From positions 3,872,001-3,936,000 of the forward strand of contig OZ244999.1 of the NCBI GenBank assembly GCA_965223265.1: 64,000 nucleotides of DNA, given 5' to 3'. This DNA comes from Planctomycetota bacterium. Its GTDB lineage: Bacteria; Planctomycetota; UBA8108; SXIK01. The notes beneath the pieces are model-generated. The model was not told where the DNA came from. It made no database searches and saw only the letters and a list, made by a program, of their open reading frames with translations. The translations under genes were made by a program, and so were the position numbers. Position 1 is the first letter of the stretch; each line of letters starts with the position of its first letter. This document shows positions 29,610-38,778 of this stretch, piece after piece.

Positions 29610-31553
29610 TCACTCGGCGTTGGTCATCTCGCGGCTGGATTGCTTCTGCTCTTCGCCAGACAATTGCGAGGAGGTGTCTGCATCTTGGACATCCTCTGCG
29701 GCGGGGGTGTCGTCGGTAGGAGCATCCGACGCAGTCGCCGACTCAGCGTCCGCCTGAGGCGCTGGCTTGGCGTCCGATCCGGGATCGGCGTCGTGGCCAC
29801 GAGCTTCGATCTGCGTGCGAATCTCTTTATTCTGTTGAAAGATATCCTTGAGAAGAGCCAGCTTGCGCTCACGGTTGGCGTCGCTGTCGAGAGTGCTTGC
29901 CACCACGTTGCGCACCTGAGCGCCGGCTTGCTCCAGTGCTTGGGCGCGCTGCTTCGCAACGTCCCGCTCGCGCTGTGCATCTTCAAGCGTTTTCGACAGT
30001 CGGCCGACTTTGCGCTCGAGCAAGGCGATTTGATCCGACTGCGCATCCTGCGCTTTGGCGCTGATCTTGTCGCGTTCCTCGTCGAGCAAGGTCGACACGA
30101 CCCGGCGCATCTCGTCGGCAAGCTCCGCGCTGATCCCGTTCTCTACAACGGCCCGCCGCATCAGACGCTGTAGGCGCGTCTCGATTTCTATCATTCCGGC
30201 GTCTGAAACGGTGAACTGATCGGCGCTGACGACTCGCTGCCGTTCCTCTTCGAGAAGCGCCTGAGCTCGTTCGAGCTGACTCTTCAGCACGTTCGACTGC
30301 TCTTCCAGCCCACGTTTCTCTGCCTGGAAGGCCTCGAGTCTGTCCTTGAAGCCGACTTCGGCCTCTTCAAGAAGCCGTTTTCGTTCCTTGTCATCGAGTG
30401 AGCGGCTCAACCCCTCAACAGCCTCTGAAACGGCATCATCGATGAACGACTTCACGGTCGACTCGTTGAGGACCCGCACTTTGTCGTGCCGCGCGGCGAG
30501 CTCCGAAGCGCGCACCATCTTGGCCTTGAGGCGCAGCGACTTGGTCACATCGCTCCCCTTCAACGCCTGCTGCAGGTTCGCACGATCGCTGCGTGGAGCA
30601 TCCCCCTTGACCATGTGCGAAAACCGGAAGCTCTTCGTCGGAGTCGCGACGATGCTGTCGGCGATCGGCGCCGATGACACTTGGTCCGGCATCACCAGTA
30701 CGCTAAAACCATCGCTCTCAGGCTCAGGCGTCGCGGCTGGTACGGCAGACGACGCTGTCGGACCTGGGGCAACCGGCGTCGCGAAGTCCTCTTCAGACAA
30801 CTGCGGAACCGTGATCGGAAGAAGCGCCTCGGGAGACTCTACGGAAAACTCAGACGTCGACGGCGCCGCGGCGTCCCCGCTGCTAGCGCTACCTTCAAGG
30901 ATCGGCACTACGAATCGCTGCAACCAGTCGTTGAGGCGATCCTCTCCCAGTGGGTCTGAGTGAATCCACTCAAGCCGAACTTGAGTCGCGACGCTTTCCT
31001 CATGTTCGTCGCTGTTCGTGTCTGAAGATAGCGCGCCCGCCGAAGTGATCGTGGCACCTTTCGGGGCGATCGTTTCGTCGACGACGTCCTCTGGAGACGC
31101 GTCGCCTGTCGCGGCAGAGATTTCAGCGTCACCGACAGCACGACCCTCCGGCGCCGTTGCAACGGAGGACGGTTCACTCGAAACGGTCGACTCATCGTTC
31201 GACTCTGGATCGACGGCGTCTTTCTCGACCTCCTCCTCCGCGAGCGCTTCGACTTTGTCTTGCTCGACGAGATCGAGGCTATCGTGCTCAACAGCGGAGG
31301 CGCCCGCGGCTTCAGAAACTCCGTCGCGAGCGATCGCCTCGACGACCGTCTTTGCGTAGAGCGACACTCGACGGCCGGACGCCAGCTCGACCACCACATC
31401 GAGGTAGACCTTTTCCGGCAGAACCTCCGGTTCGAAGAGTCGCGCGCCGGAGACACTTAGCTCCTTGACATCGAGCCGAACGTCGCCGTTCTCCGCGTGC
31501 TCGAGCAGACACCAGCACGCGCCGGGACTCAAGGTGTAGCAAGGATCTTTCAA
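29610..31553 (-). CDS. Acidic low-complexity protein with PilZ-like N-terminus and long C-terminal coiled coil
   Basis: TTG start after AGAGGA; ELSVSG strand motif; D/E/S/A/P-rich tracts; heptad-like region in the C-terminal half. Confidence 0.7.
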   Translation of the reverse strand: MKDPCYTLSPGACWCLLEHAENGDVRLDVKELSVSGARLFEPEVLPEKVYLDVVVELASGRRVSLYAKTVVEAIARDGVSEAAGASAVEHDSLDLVEQDKVEALAEEEVEKDAVDPESNDESTVSSEPSSVATAPEGRAVGDAEISAATGDASPEDVVDETIAPKGATITSAGALSSDTNSDEHEESVATQVRLEWIHSDPLGEDRLNDWLQRFVVPILEGSASSGDAAAPSTSEFSVESPEALLPITVPQLSEEDFATPVAPGPTASSAVPAATPEPESDGFSVLVMPDQVSSAPIADSIVATPTKSFRFSHMVKGDAPRSDRANLQQALKGSDVTKSLRLKAKMVRASELAARHDKVRVLNESTVKSFIDDAVSEAVEGLSRSLDDKERKRLLEEAEVGFKDRLEAFQAEKRGLEEQSNVLKSQLERAQALLEEERQRVVSADQFTVSDAGMIEIETRLQRLMRRAVVENGISAELADEMRRVVSTLLDEERDKISAKAQDAQSDQIALLERKVGRLSKTLEDAQRERDVAKQRAQALEQAGAQVRNVVASTLDSDANRERKLALLKDIFQQNKEIRTQIEARGHDADPGSDAKPAPQADAESATASDAPTDDTPAAEDVQDADTSSQLSGEEQKQSSREMTNAE

Positions 31554-31648
31554 TGCAATCCTCTTGACGCATTCTTTTCACCGCTCAGCCGCTCGACGCT
31601 TCGAACGTGGCGGACAGGCGGCAACGACTGACGCTTTGACGGCATCAA

Positions 31649-31677
31649 AATATAGAATGGTGGAGTGCTCGTCGCAA
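31649..31677 (-). promoter_or_regulatory. Sigma70-type promoter upstream of the coiled-coil/actin genes
   Basis: TTGCGA-17 bp-TATATT on the minus strand, about 95 nt upstream of the start codon. Confidence 0.5.
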
Positions 31678-31890
31678 ATTGAGCCCCGACCCGCCTGCCG
31701 CGCCAAACTTTGTCGGAACGACGCGCCCCCGGGCACGATCTCTGCGTGGTAGAGAGACGCTGCGGTGCGCGGGATCGACCCCGGAGCGCAACACCGTCGC
31801 CGAGATGCTGGCGCTTTCCGGAACGTCCGCCCAAGCCTCGCACAACGTCACACCAAAGTGGGTGTGGAGCGCCGCGAAGTGTCGGCGATG

Positions 31891-32202
31891 TCAGCCCGAT
31901 AGGCTGCCGAGGAGTTCGGTCATCTCACTGACAGCTCTCTCGTCTCCGACCGCGCGCGCCACCACGACGCCGCGCTCGAGAACTTCTCGGGCGGCGTCGA
32001 ACTGCGACAGTTCACCCAAGAGGCGCGCCTTGTGGAAGTAGGCAGCCACGTAGTTAGGGTCTGCTTGAAGGGTTCGGTCGAAGCGCCTCACAGCCTCGTC
32101 GGCGTTCCCTTCCTTGGCGAGCTCAAAGGCTAGCGCGTAGTTGAGGAATGGATCGTCCGGAGACTCAACAAGGAGTCGTTCTAGTTGCTCTCGGCTCGGC
32201 AT
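31891..32202 (-). CDS. Small TPR protein
   Basis: PDDPFLNYALAFE...DPNYVAAYFHKA TPR pattern. Confidence 0.85.
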   Translation of the reverse strand: MPSREQLERLLVESPDDPFLNYALAFELAKEGNADEAVRRFDRTLQADPNYVAAYFHKARLLGELSQFDAAREVLERGVVVARAVGDERAVSEMTELLGSLSG

Positions 32203-32306
32203 CTCGCTCGCGTCTCGGAAACGGAAGACTGGTCGTGATTCGCGGGGCCAGCCTGGCGCTCATGTCGCCGGCCGACATGAGCGCCAGGCGTGACCGAACG
32301 ATTTGT

Positions 32307-32717
32307 TCAATTGGTCTCAAGCGCTGCGCTCAGCGCAGCCTGCGCTGATTCCACCGTTGCGTTCGCGTCGAGGCGACCGAGAAGACGCTGATCAGGGCTC
32401 AGGAGCACGATTTCCGGCACGTACCGGGTCGACTTAAACTGATAGGTCCGTCGATCGAAGGACGACGACCGCGGGTCCGCCTTCACCACCACGAACTTCT
32501 CCTGCAGGCTCGCAACACGTCGATCGGAGAACACACGGTTCTCCAGGTCCACGCAGGCACCTCACCACTTGCCGCCGAACTTCAGAAGAATGGGACGCGA
32601 GTTCGCCTTGGCTGTGGCCAAGGCCGCGTCCCAGTCGTCGCTGCCGCCTCCGGGAGTGCAGCTTCCCACGACCGTTGCAATAGCAATAAAAGCCGATGTC
32701 GTAACGAGTTGTCTCAT
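32307..32717 (-). CDS. Thioredoxin-family lipoprotein, selenoprotein (UxxC; in-frame TGA at 32564-32562)
   Basis: GGAAAGGAG RBS; MRQLVTTSAFIAIATVVGSC lipobox; ...RPILLKFGGKW-TGA-GACVDLENRVFSD...YVPEIVLL; SECIS-like hairpin 3' of the TGA. Confidence 0.85.
32526..32544 (-). promoter_or_regulatory. Bacterial SECIS-like hairpin
   Basis: GGAGAAC-CGUGU-GUUCUCC; apical loop starts 24 nt after the UGA, with G at loop position 2. Confidence 0.65.
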
Positions 32718-32964
32718 TGAGCTCAGCTCCTTTCCAGTGGCAGTATCTTACCCTCCGAGCGGGCAGTGCGATAGCGCGCATGAGGCGCAGAAATGTGGGA
32801 CGCTGGCCGACGTGGGCAGCGGCATTTCACGACAGGGCGCGTTACAATCACTACTTACGATCAGGTTCGGTCCGCCGGAACGGCTTGCGGTCTGTTGTCG
32901 CGGGAAGACCGCCGCCGACGCCCGGGGCCTGTTGTTGGTATCGGCTCCAAAGAGATCTTCTTCA

Positions 32965-35900
32965 GTGCCCATCGTCCTACGATTGTCGCACGGCCAGGTT
33001 GTTCCGCTTCACTCCGGCACGGTCATCCGTATCGGCGCCGCGTCAACCTGTCAGATTCGCCTCGACCACCCCGACATTCTTCCGCAGCATCTGGCGCTCA
33101 AGCTCGAAGGCGATCAGGTGCGTCTCGCTGCGGTGGCCGACGCCGGTGTCTACGTCAACGACCGACCAGTGTCGAAAGCACTCCTACGTGTTAACGACCG
33201 CATTCGAGTCGCGACGTTCGAGGCGACGCTCGAATCGAGTGGCGCGTACTCGCTCGAAGGCAAGGTCCTCGACGGCTATCGCATCGAAAGCTGCCTCGGC
33301 CGCGGCGCCATGGGGACGGTCTATCGTGCCACCCAACTATCGCTCGATCGAACCGTCGCCCTCAAGATCCTTGCCGATCACGCCACGGAAGATCACGCTT
33401 TCGTGCAGGCTTTTTTGAAAGAGGCACGAGCCATCGCCAAACTGAACCATCCCCGCGTTGTCCAGGTCTACGACGCCGGCCAATGCGACGGAAAGTTCTA
33501 CTTTTCGATGGAGTTTCTATCGGGTGGGACCGTCGCCGATCTGCTGACTCGAGAAGAACGCCTGCCGATGGAACGAGCCTTGACCATCGCGCTTGACGCG
33601 GCAGATGCGCTCGTGTGGGCGGAGGAGCAAGAGATCGTTCACCGTGACATCAAGCCAGCGAACCTCCTGCTCACCGAGGACGGCGCCGTGAAGGTCGGCG
33701 ACCTTGGCATCGCGCTCGACACGACCCAACGAACCGCGCAAGACGCCACGCGCAAGGCAGGTTCCCCGAAATACATGGCGCCCGAACAGGCACTGGGAAA
33801 ACCCGTCGATCGGCGCGCCGACATCTATGGACTTGGCAGCACGATCTTTCACATGCTTGCCGGCCGCCCGCCGTTCGAAGGGCAGTCGATGGCCGACCTC
33901 ATGCGTGCGAAGCTCGCTGAGGAGGCGCCAAGACTCGACGAATTCATGGCCATTGTGCCGCCACAAATCAATCGACTCGTCGCCAAGAGTCTGGCTCGCG
34001 AAGCGGAAGACCGCTTCAGCACGTGTGCTGAGATGCGAGATGCGATCGAGTCCGCGCTGCAGAGTCTTTCCCAACAGCAGGAGCCTCAAGAGAATAAAAG
34101 GATACACCGGACGCTCAAAAGAAAGCGCACCCTGGAGCGCCTATCGCTGTTCGCGTCTGTCGTGATCATTGTCGCCGCAGCCGTGTGGGCAACTCGCCCC
34201 AAGGACCCATCGGTGCAGCAGCCGCCCCCCACAACAACTGACGTGGATGTCGGAGCCAACAAACCGAAAACGCCGCAACAAGACTCGACCCACTCATCAG
34301 CTGACTCAAGCGACACGCAGCTCGCGGAGCTCCGGGACATTCGGCGGCGCTGGCAAAAAGGCTTGCTCACCGATGACGCCGCATTGCTTCAGTACAACAG
34401 GTTCCGCACGCTTCACCCAGGCGTGCATCGAAAGACTGTGGACGCGTTCCACGCCGAAGTCCAAACGGAGATCGTTCAAGCAGAGAAGAAAGTGGTCGAG
34501 CAGGAGGTTGCCAAACGAATTATGCCTTTGATCGACCGCGGTGAGTTCCGGCAAGCAGCGACTCATATTGCAAGCATTCGCGAGAAATACCGCCACGGAT
34601 CAGCGCCAGTGGACAAGGCGACGGACAAGATCCGGACGAAAGTAGGACTACTGATCGACGAGTCATTTGCCGTTGTCTCACAGCTCGTTGACGAGGGCAA
34701 GCTATCTTCTGCTCTCGATGAGCTCGACGCCCTCGCCTCGCTTGTGCCGTTCGAGTTCCGCAGTAAGGTGGACGATCGCCGTGAAGAAATCGACGCGATG
34801 GTCACGACTTTTTCGATTCGCGAGCGACAGCTCCGCGAGATCGAAGGAGACGTTTGGGTGGCACTCAGCCTTGGTGAAGCAGACGATGCCGAGGCACTGG
34901 CGCGTTCCGTCCCACCGGTCGCTCCGCTCTCCGCCGTCGATTCGCTCATCTCTGATCGCCGATCCGAGATGATCGGAGATGTCGAGCGGGCAGTGAGGAC
35001 CTGGAAGCGACTAAGAAAAGAGCTAAAAGACCTTCAGAAGCGAAGGAAGGCTTTCGTCTTCGCTTTCGCGCCCGATTGCCAGGAGAAGTTCGCCCGGTCG
35101 AAGTTTAGGGCATACGTCGGCGCACTAGGCGAAAGTCGTGTCACAGTTCACAGATCGAGAGGAGTGCGCCAACGAACGTTCGATGTGTTGGATCTCTCGG
35201 ACGAAGTGCTTCTCACACTGCTGGATTCGACCGAATCGCCGCCAGCGGAGATCAGCCAAGGCTTAGCGACGTTGCTGCTTCTAAGCCGAGGGCCGCAGCG
35301 CGCACGCCCCCTCTTGACGTCGCCTCGTCTGACGGGCGAGGATCGCGCGTCCAATCTCCACAAACTCGATGGAGGCGAGGAGAATTACCTGACTCGTGTG
35401 CTCTTTGGTGTAAGACGCCAATACGAGGCTGCTGCTACTCACTCGACGCCGGCACCCGTAGAGTCGCAAAGAAGAACCACTGAAGCCCTCGTACAGGCAT
35501 TGGTGCGTGTCATCACGAGCTATCGAGAAGATCCGGCATACGGAGAGCATCGCGCTGAGTTTTCTTCCCTCTTTCTCAAGTCGCACATAGCTCACGCTCG
35601 AGCCTACGGCGTTGAGACACTGTTCTCTGGCGAAGTGACGCGTTCAACCAACGACAGCGTTGACGTCTTCTACGATTTTTTGAGTAAGGAACAGCTCGCA
35701 GACTTCACGAAAACGACACCTGACACATCGACTCGCATCACAGACGAAGGTCTCGAGCTGTCAGGTGAGGTGAGACTGTTGCGGGGGATCCCCTTCAAGA
35801 GATACCTGAGCGTCACACTGGATGTACCAGCTGGTGGATACCATCTCAACGCTCCGAACATCAACCTCGCCCTCTGGACGCATGATGGCGATCTCGTCTC

Positions 35901-36414
35901 AGCGGGCCGCGGCCAATCCGCGGCGCGACCGAAGCAGAGCCCCGGCGACTACTTCGTCTTCGCGATCGGCTTCAAACCGTCGTCGATCAGTCGGTCCCAC
36001 CTACGAGTACGTGGGTTGAGCACCTCCGTACCCATGCCGGCCAACGCTTTCATGGGCGGCGAGCGCGGAACGAAACTCCTCACCTACCCGACCGACGAGT
36101 GTATCTGGGCATCCAGCGTCCAAGGAAAAACGCAAGGCGATCAACGTCTCGCGGTGGACATGAGCCCGCAGTCCCTCACCTGGACTGTGAATGGCGAAGC
36201 TATTCCCATCACCGATTCACGGGAAGCGGACCGCTTCAAGTCCCGCGCTTTTTACTCAGGTTCGTTCACACTATTCACGAACGGACAGAGGGTGGTCTTT
36301 CGCAGCTTACGCATCGGTGCGACGTTGTCGAGCGAGTGGATCGAAGAAGAGTTCGAGCGCCATGCACACGCCGCCCTCGAAACAATCGACCCGGTCGGGA
36401 CCGCGGAGGAGTAG
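32965..36414 (+). CDS. FHA-domain Ser/Thr protein kinase with TM helix and large C-terminal region
   Basis: FHA-like N-terminus (IRIG...C.IRL...H), GRGAMGTVY, VALK, HRDIKPAN, DLG, YMAPE, DIYGLG; GTG 32965 chosen because earlier starts overlap the selenoprotein gene or its divergent upstream region. Confidence 0.9.
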   Translation: MPIVLRLSHGQVVPLHSGTVIRIGAASTCQIRLDHPDILPQHLALKLEGDQVRLAAVADAGVYVNDRPVSKALLRVNDRIRVATFEATLESSGAYSLEGKVLDGYRIESCLGRGAMGTVYRATQLSLDRTVALKILADHATEDHAFVQAFLKEARAIAKLNHPRVVQVYDAGQCDGKFYFSMEFLSGGTVADLLTREERLPMERALTIALDAADALVWAEEQEIVHRDIKPANLLLTEDGAVKVGDLGIALDTTQRTAQDATRKAGSPKYMAPEQALGKPVDRRADIYGLGSTIFHMLAGRPPFEGQSMADLMRAKLAEEAPRLDEFMAIVPPQINRLVAKSLAREAEDRFSTCAEMRDAIESALQSLSQQQEPQENKRIHRTLKRKRTLERLSLFASVVIIVAAAVWATRPKDPSVQQPPPTTTDVDVGANKPKTPQQDSTHSSADSSDTQLAELRDIRRRWQKGLLTDDAALLQYNRFRTLHPGVHRKTVDAFHAEVQTEIVQAEKKVVEQEVAKRIMPLIDRGEFRQAATHIASIREKYRHGSAPVDKATDKIRTKVGLLIDESFAVVSQLVDEGKLSSALDELDALASLVPFEFRSKVDDRREEIDAMVTTFSIRERQLREIEGDVWVALSLGEADDAEALARSVPPVAPLSAVDSLISDRRSEMIGDVERAVRTWKRLRKELKDLQKRRKAFVFAFAPDCQEKFARSKFRAYVGALGESRVTVHRSRGVRQRTFDVLDLSDEVLLTLLDSTESPPAEISQGLATLLLLSRGPQRARPLLTSPRLTGEDRASNLHKLDGGEENYLTRVLFGVRRQYEAAATHSTPAPVESQRRTTEALVQALVRVITSYREDPAYGEHRAEFSSLFLKSHIAHARAYGVETLFSGEVTRSTNDSVDVFYDFLSKEQLADFTKTTPDTSTRITDEGLELSGEVRLLRGIPFKRYLSVTLDVPAGGYHLNAPNINLALWTHDGDLVSAGRGQSAARPKQSPGDYFVFAIGFKPSSISRSHLRVRGLSTSVPMPANAFMGGERGTKLLTYPTDECIWASSVQGKTQGDQRLAVDMSPQSLTWTVNGEAIPITDSREADRFKSRAFYSGSFTLFTNGQRVVFRSLRIGATLSSEWIEEEFERHAHAALETIDPVGTAEE

Positions 36415-36432
36415 GTGCGCGTCGCGAATGCT

Positions 36433-37089
36433 TCAGGGCATTCGCTGGAAGCGAAGCACGGCTCGCGTTCCGAATCCGTGGGGGAGTTCGTATTGCATCG
36501 CGACCTCACCGTCGAACCCGAGACGCGAAGCAACGGAAAGCCCCTCTTCAAGCTCCTCACGAGCTTTCGGCCCCTTGTAAAGCAGAAGCGTACGAAAGTT
36601 CGCCGCTACCGGCTTCAGCAAACGCAGGAGCTTCGCTGCACTGCCCACGGCACGAGCGACGACAACGTCCACTTCACGATCGCGCAGTAACATCTCCGCT
36701 CGCTCCGCACACACCTCGGCGTCCGCACCAGACGCCTCGACAGCGAGACGCAAAAACGCAGCCTTCTTGCCCACGGACTCGCTCAGAATCACGCGCGCCG
36801 GCAGGCAAACGGCGAGAGGTAGGCCTGGAAAACCGCCGCCGCTGCCTAAATCGAGCACCGTGCGGGCCTGCCGCAATAATTGATAGGGAAAGACAGAGTC
36901 GACGACGTGCTTGACGACCATCTCCTGTGGCGACTGCAGCGACGTCAGGTTGACTCGCCGGTTCTCCTCCTTCAGCAAAGCGAGATGGCGGGCAGAGACT
37001 CGTACCAAAGCGTCACGCGCTGGAAGGTCGGACGGTAGCTCGCGCTCAAGGTGCTCTGTGAAAACTTCGCGCGCGGCTGGGTCAATCAC
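36433..37089 (-). CDS. rsmG: 16S rRNA m7G527 methyltransferase
   Basis: N...NLT, KH..DS, DLGSGGGFPG, ES..KK..FL, RAE, RAV, YKG. Confidence 0.92.
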   Translation of the reverse strand: MIDPAAREVFTEHLERELPSDLPARDALVRVSARHLALLKEENRRVNLTSLQSPQEMVVKHVVDSVFPYQLLRQARTVLDLGSGGGFPGLPLAVCLPARVILSESVGKKAAFLRLAVEASGADAEVCAERAEMLLRDREVDVVVARAVGSAAKLLRLLKPVAANFRTLLLYKGPKAREELEEGLSVASRLGFDGEVAMQYELPHGFGTRAVLRFQRMP

Positions 37090-37126
37090 ACATCAACTCG
37101 AGTTCGGTCACTCCTGCAGCGCTCTC

Positions 37127-38767
37127 TCACTCTGCGGCCTGACCGGAAGCCAACCACAGGTCGACGCCGTCCTCCGGACTATTCAAGATCTGCGGCGTCA
37201 CGTGAAATACTCGTCGGCCGGTCTTCTCCTGAACGGCGGCAAGAAACTCGACGTAGCTGTCGAATTTATCGCGAAGGTACTGGTCAACGTCAAGGTGGAG
37301 CTCTGAAGAAACCGTCACCGCCATGTCGATGGAAGCTCGGTCAAGCTCAAGCTGTATGCCGTGCTCGCGCGCGAACCTCTTCTCGAATTCGCGCACCTCC
37401 TGAACCTCGAACTGACCTTCGAGAGCACCTGGGTCTTCGAGAAGCGCCTCCAGCTGAACCCGCGGTTCTTGCACGATATCCGGCGTCACCACGAGACGTC
37501 GGATATCGGTGTCGGGAAGGGCAAATTTGAAATCTCGAAGCGCCTCCTCCAAAACCGTCATCAGACCACGAGCTCCTGTGTTCTCCTCTTTGGCTCTACG
37601 TGCCACAGTGCGGAGAGCGTCGTCGTTGAATGTCACCTCGATGTCGTAGCCGAGGAAACTCTCACGGTGCTGTTTCAAGATCGAACCCTCGGAAGTGGAT
37701 AAGATCTCGAACAGGTCTTCCTCAGTCAAGTCATCGAGTGCAACGCGAATCGGAAGGCGCCCGACAAACTCTGGTTCAAAACCATAGTCAACAAAGTCTC
37801 GGGTGGTGGCGAATCGCAGAAGATTCTGCTGGTCCGCGTCACCGCTCGAGCCCTCTTGCTTTGTCGAGAAGCCGACATTCCGCTCGGTCAGCCGCTTCTC
37901 GATGATCTCCGTTAGCCCAGAAAACGCGCCACTGACGACGAACAGGATGTGCCTCGTATTGATTGTGCGACGCACACTCTTGCCGTCACGCGCTTGGAAG
38001 AGCTCTTGAAACTGTGCGCTTATGTCGTTCGGGCTGCGTGCCGGCACGTCAGTCTCTTCCAATAGCTTCAGTAGCCCGGTCTGCACACCACGGCCGCTGA
38101 CATCGCGCCCAACCATTTTGTCGGCCGAAGCGATCTTATCGATCTCATCGAGAAAGACGATGCCGTACTCGGCGAGCTCAGCATTGCCGTCCGCCGCGCG
38201 AACTAGCTCTCTGACAAGATCGTCGACGTCACTGCCGACGTAGCCGGTCTCCGAAAACTTGGTGATGTCGGCCTTGACAAAGGGAACACCGATCAGTTGG
38301 GCAAGTGTGCGGATCAAATACGTCTTTCCAACACCGGTCGGTCCGAGCAGCATGACGTTCTGTTTGACGTACTCAAACCCCGCGACGACGTCGTCCTCGT
38401 CCGCCTCCACATCCTCGGAGCGCACTGCCTCGTCGCGATCGAGAGCTCGTCGGGCGTGGTTGTAGTGATCACAAACTGCCACTGACAGCGCACGCTTCGC
38501 ATCTTCCTGGCCGATCACGAACCGATCAAGTTGAGCTTTGATCTCTGAAGGACGCAGCGAAAGGTTGAGGGCCTCGAGCAGAGTCTCACGCGTTTCACTC
38601 TCGTCAACGCTCCCACCATCACCTGCCGCGGCCGGCGGAGGCGACGGCGTACCAACGGGAGAGATGATGACGTTCTCGCCGAATTTGCTCTTGAAGAAGT
38701 CCTGGAGGTCCCGTTGAATCTCCTCCGGCGACGGCGGACTCCCCTTCTTATCTTCTTGTTTATCCAT
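37127..38767 (-). CDS. ClpX-like AAA+ ATPase lacking the zinc-binding domain
   Basis: VIGQEDAKR, KQNVMLLGPTGVGKT, DITKFSETGYVG, DEIDKI, GRDVSG.GVQ, SGAF, VGF loop, PEFVGRLP, TGARGL. Confidence 0.88.
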   Translation of the reverse strand: MDKQEDKKGSPPSPEEIQRDLQDFFKSKFGENVIISPVGTPSPPPAAAGDGGSVDESETRETLLEALNLSLRPSEIKAQLDRFVIGQEDAKRALSVAVCDHYNHARRALDRDEAVRSEDVEADEDDVVAGFEYVKQNVMLLGPTGVGKTYLIRTLAQLIGVPFVKADITKFSETGYVGSDVDDLVRELVRAADGNAELAEYGIVFLDEIDKIASADKMVGRDVSGRGVQTGLLKLLEETDVPARSPNDISAQFQELFQARDGKSVRRTINTRHILFVVSGAFSGLTEIIEKRLTERNVGFSTKQEGSSGDADQQNLLRFATTRDFVDYGFEPEFVGRLPIRVALDDLTEEDLFEILSTSEGSILKQHRESFLGYDIEVTFNDDALRTVARRAKEENTGARGLMTVLEEALRDFKFALPDTDIRRLVVTPDIVQEPRVQLEALLEDPGALEGQFEVQEVREFEKRFAREHGIQLELDRASIDMAVTVSSELHLDVDQYLRDKFDSYVEFLAAVQEKTGRRVFHVTPQILNSPEDGVDLWLASGQAAE

Positions 38768-38778
38768 GAGTTGCTGCT

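Noticed and set aside
28328-32202. Magnetosome island (MamK plus a TPR protein resembling MamA)
   Set aside because: No CDF transporters, HtrA proteases, magnetochrome CxxCH proteins, LemA-like MamQ or feo genes are nearby, and the 103-aa TPR is a generic small TPR protein.
32562-32564. Alternative genetic code (TGA = Trp/Gly) or a simple pseudogene
   Set aside because: TGA ends many genes here with ATGA/GTGA overlaps. This TGA falls exactly on the catalytic Cys column and is followed by a SECIS-like hairpin.
32569-32964. N-terminal 132 aa of the kinase ORF in the track
   Set aside because: It overlaps the selenoprotein gene and its upstream region on the opposite strand and is not domain-like; FHA-like sequence starts near 32965.
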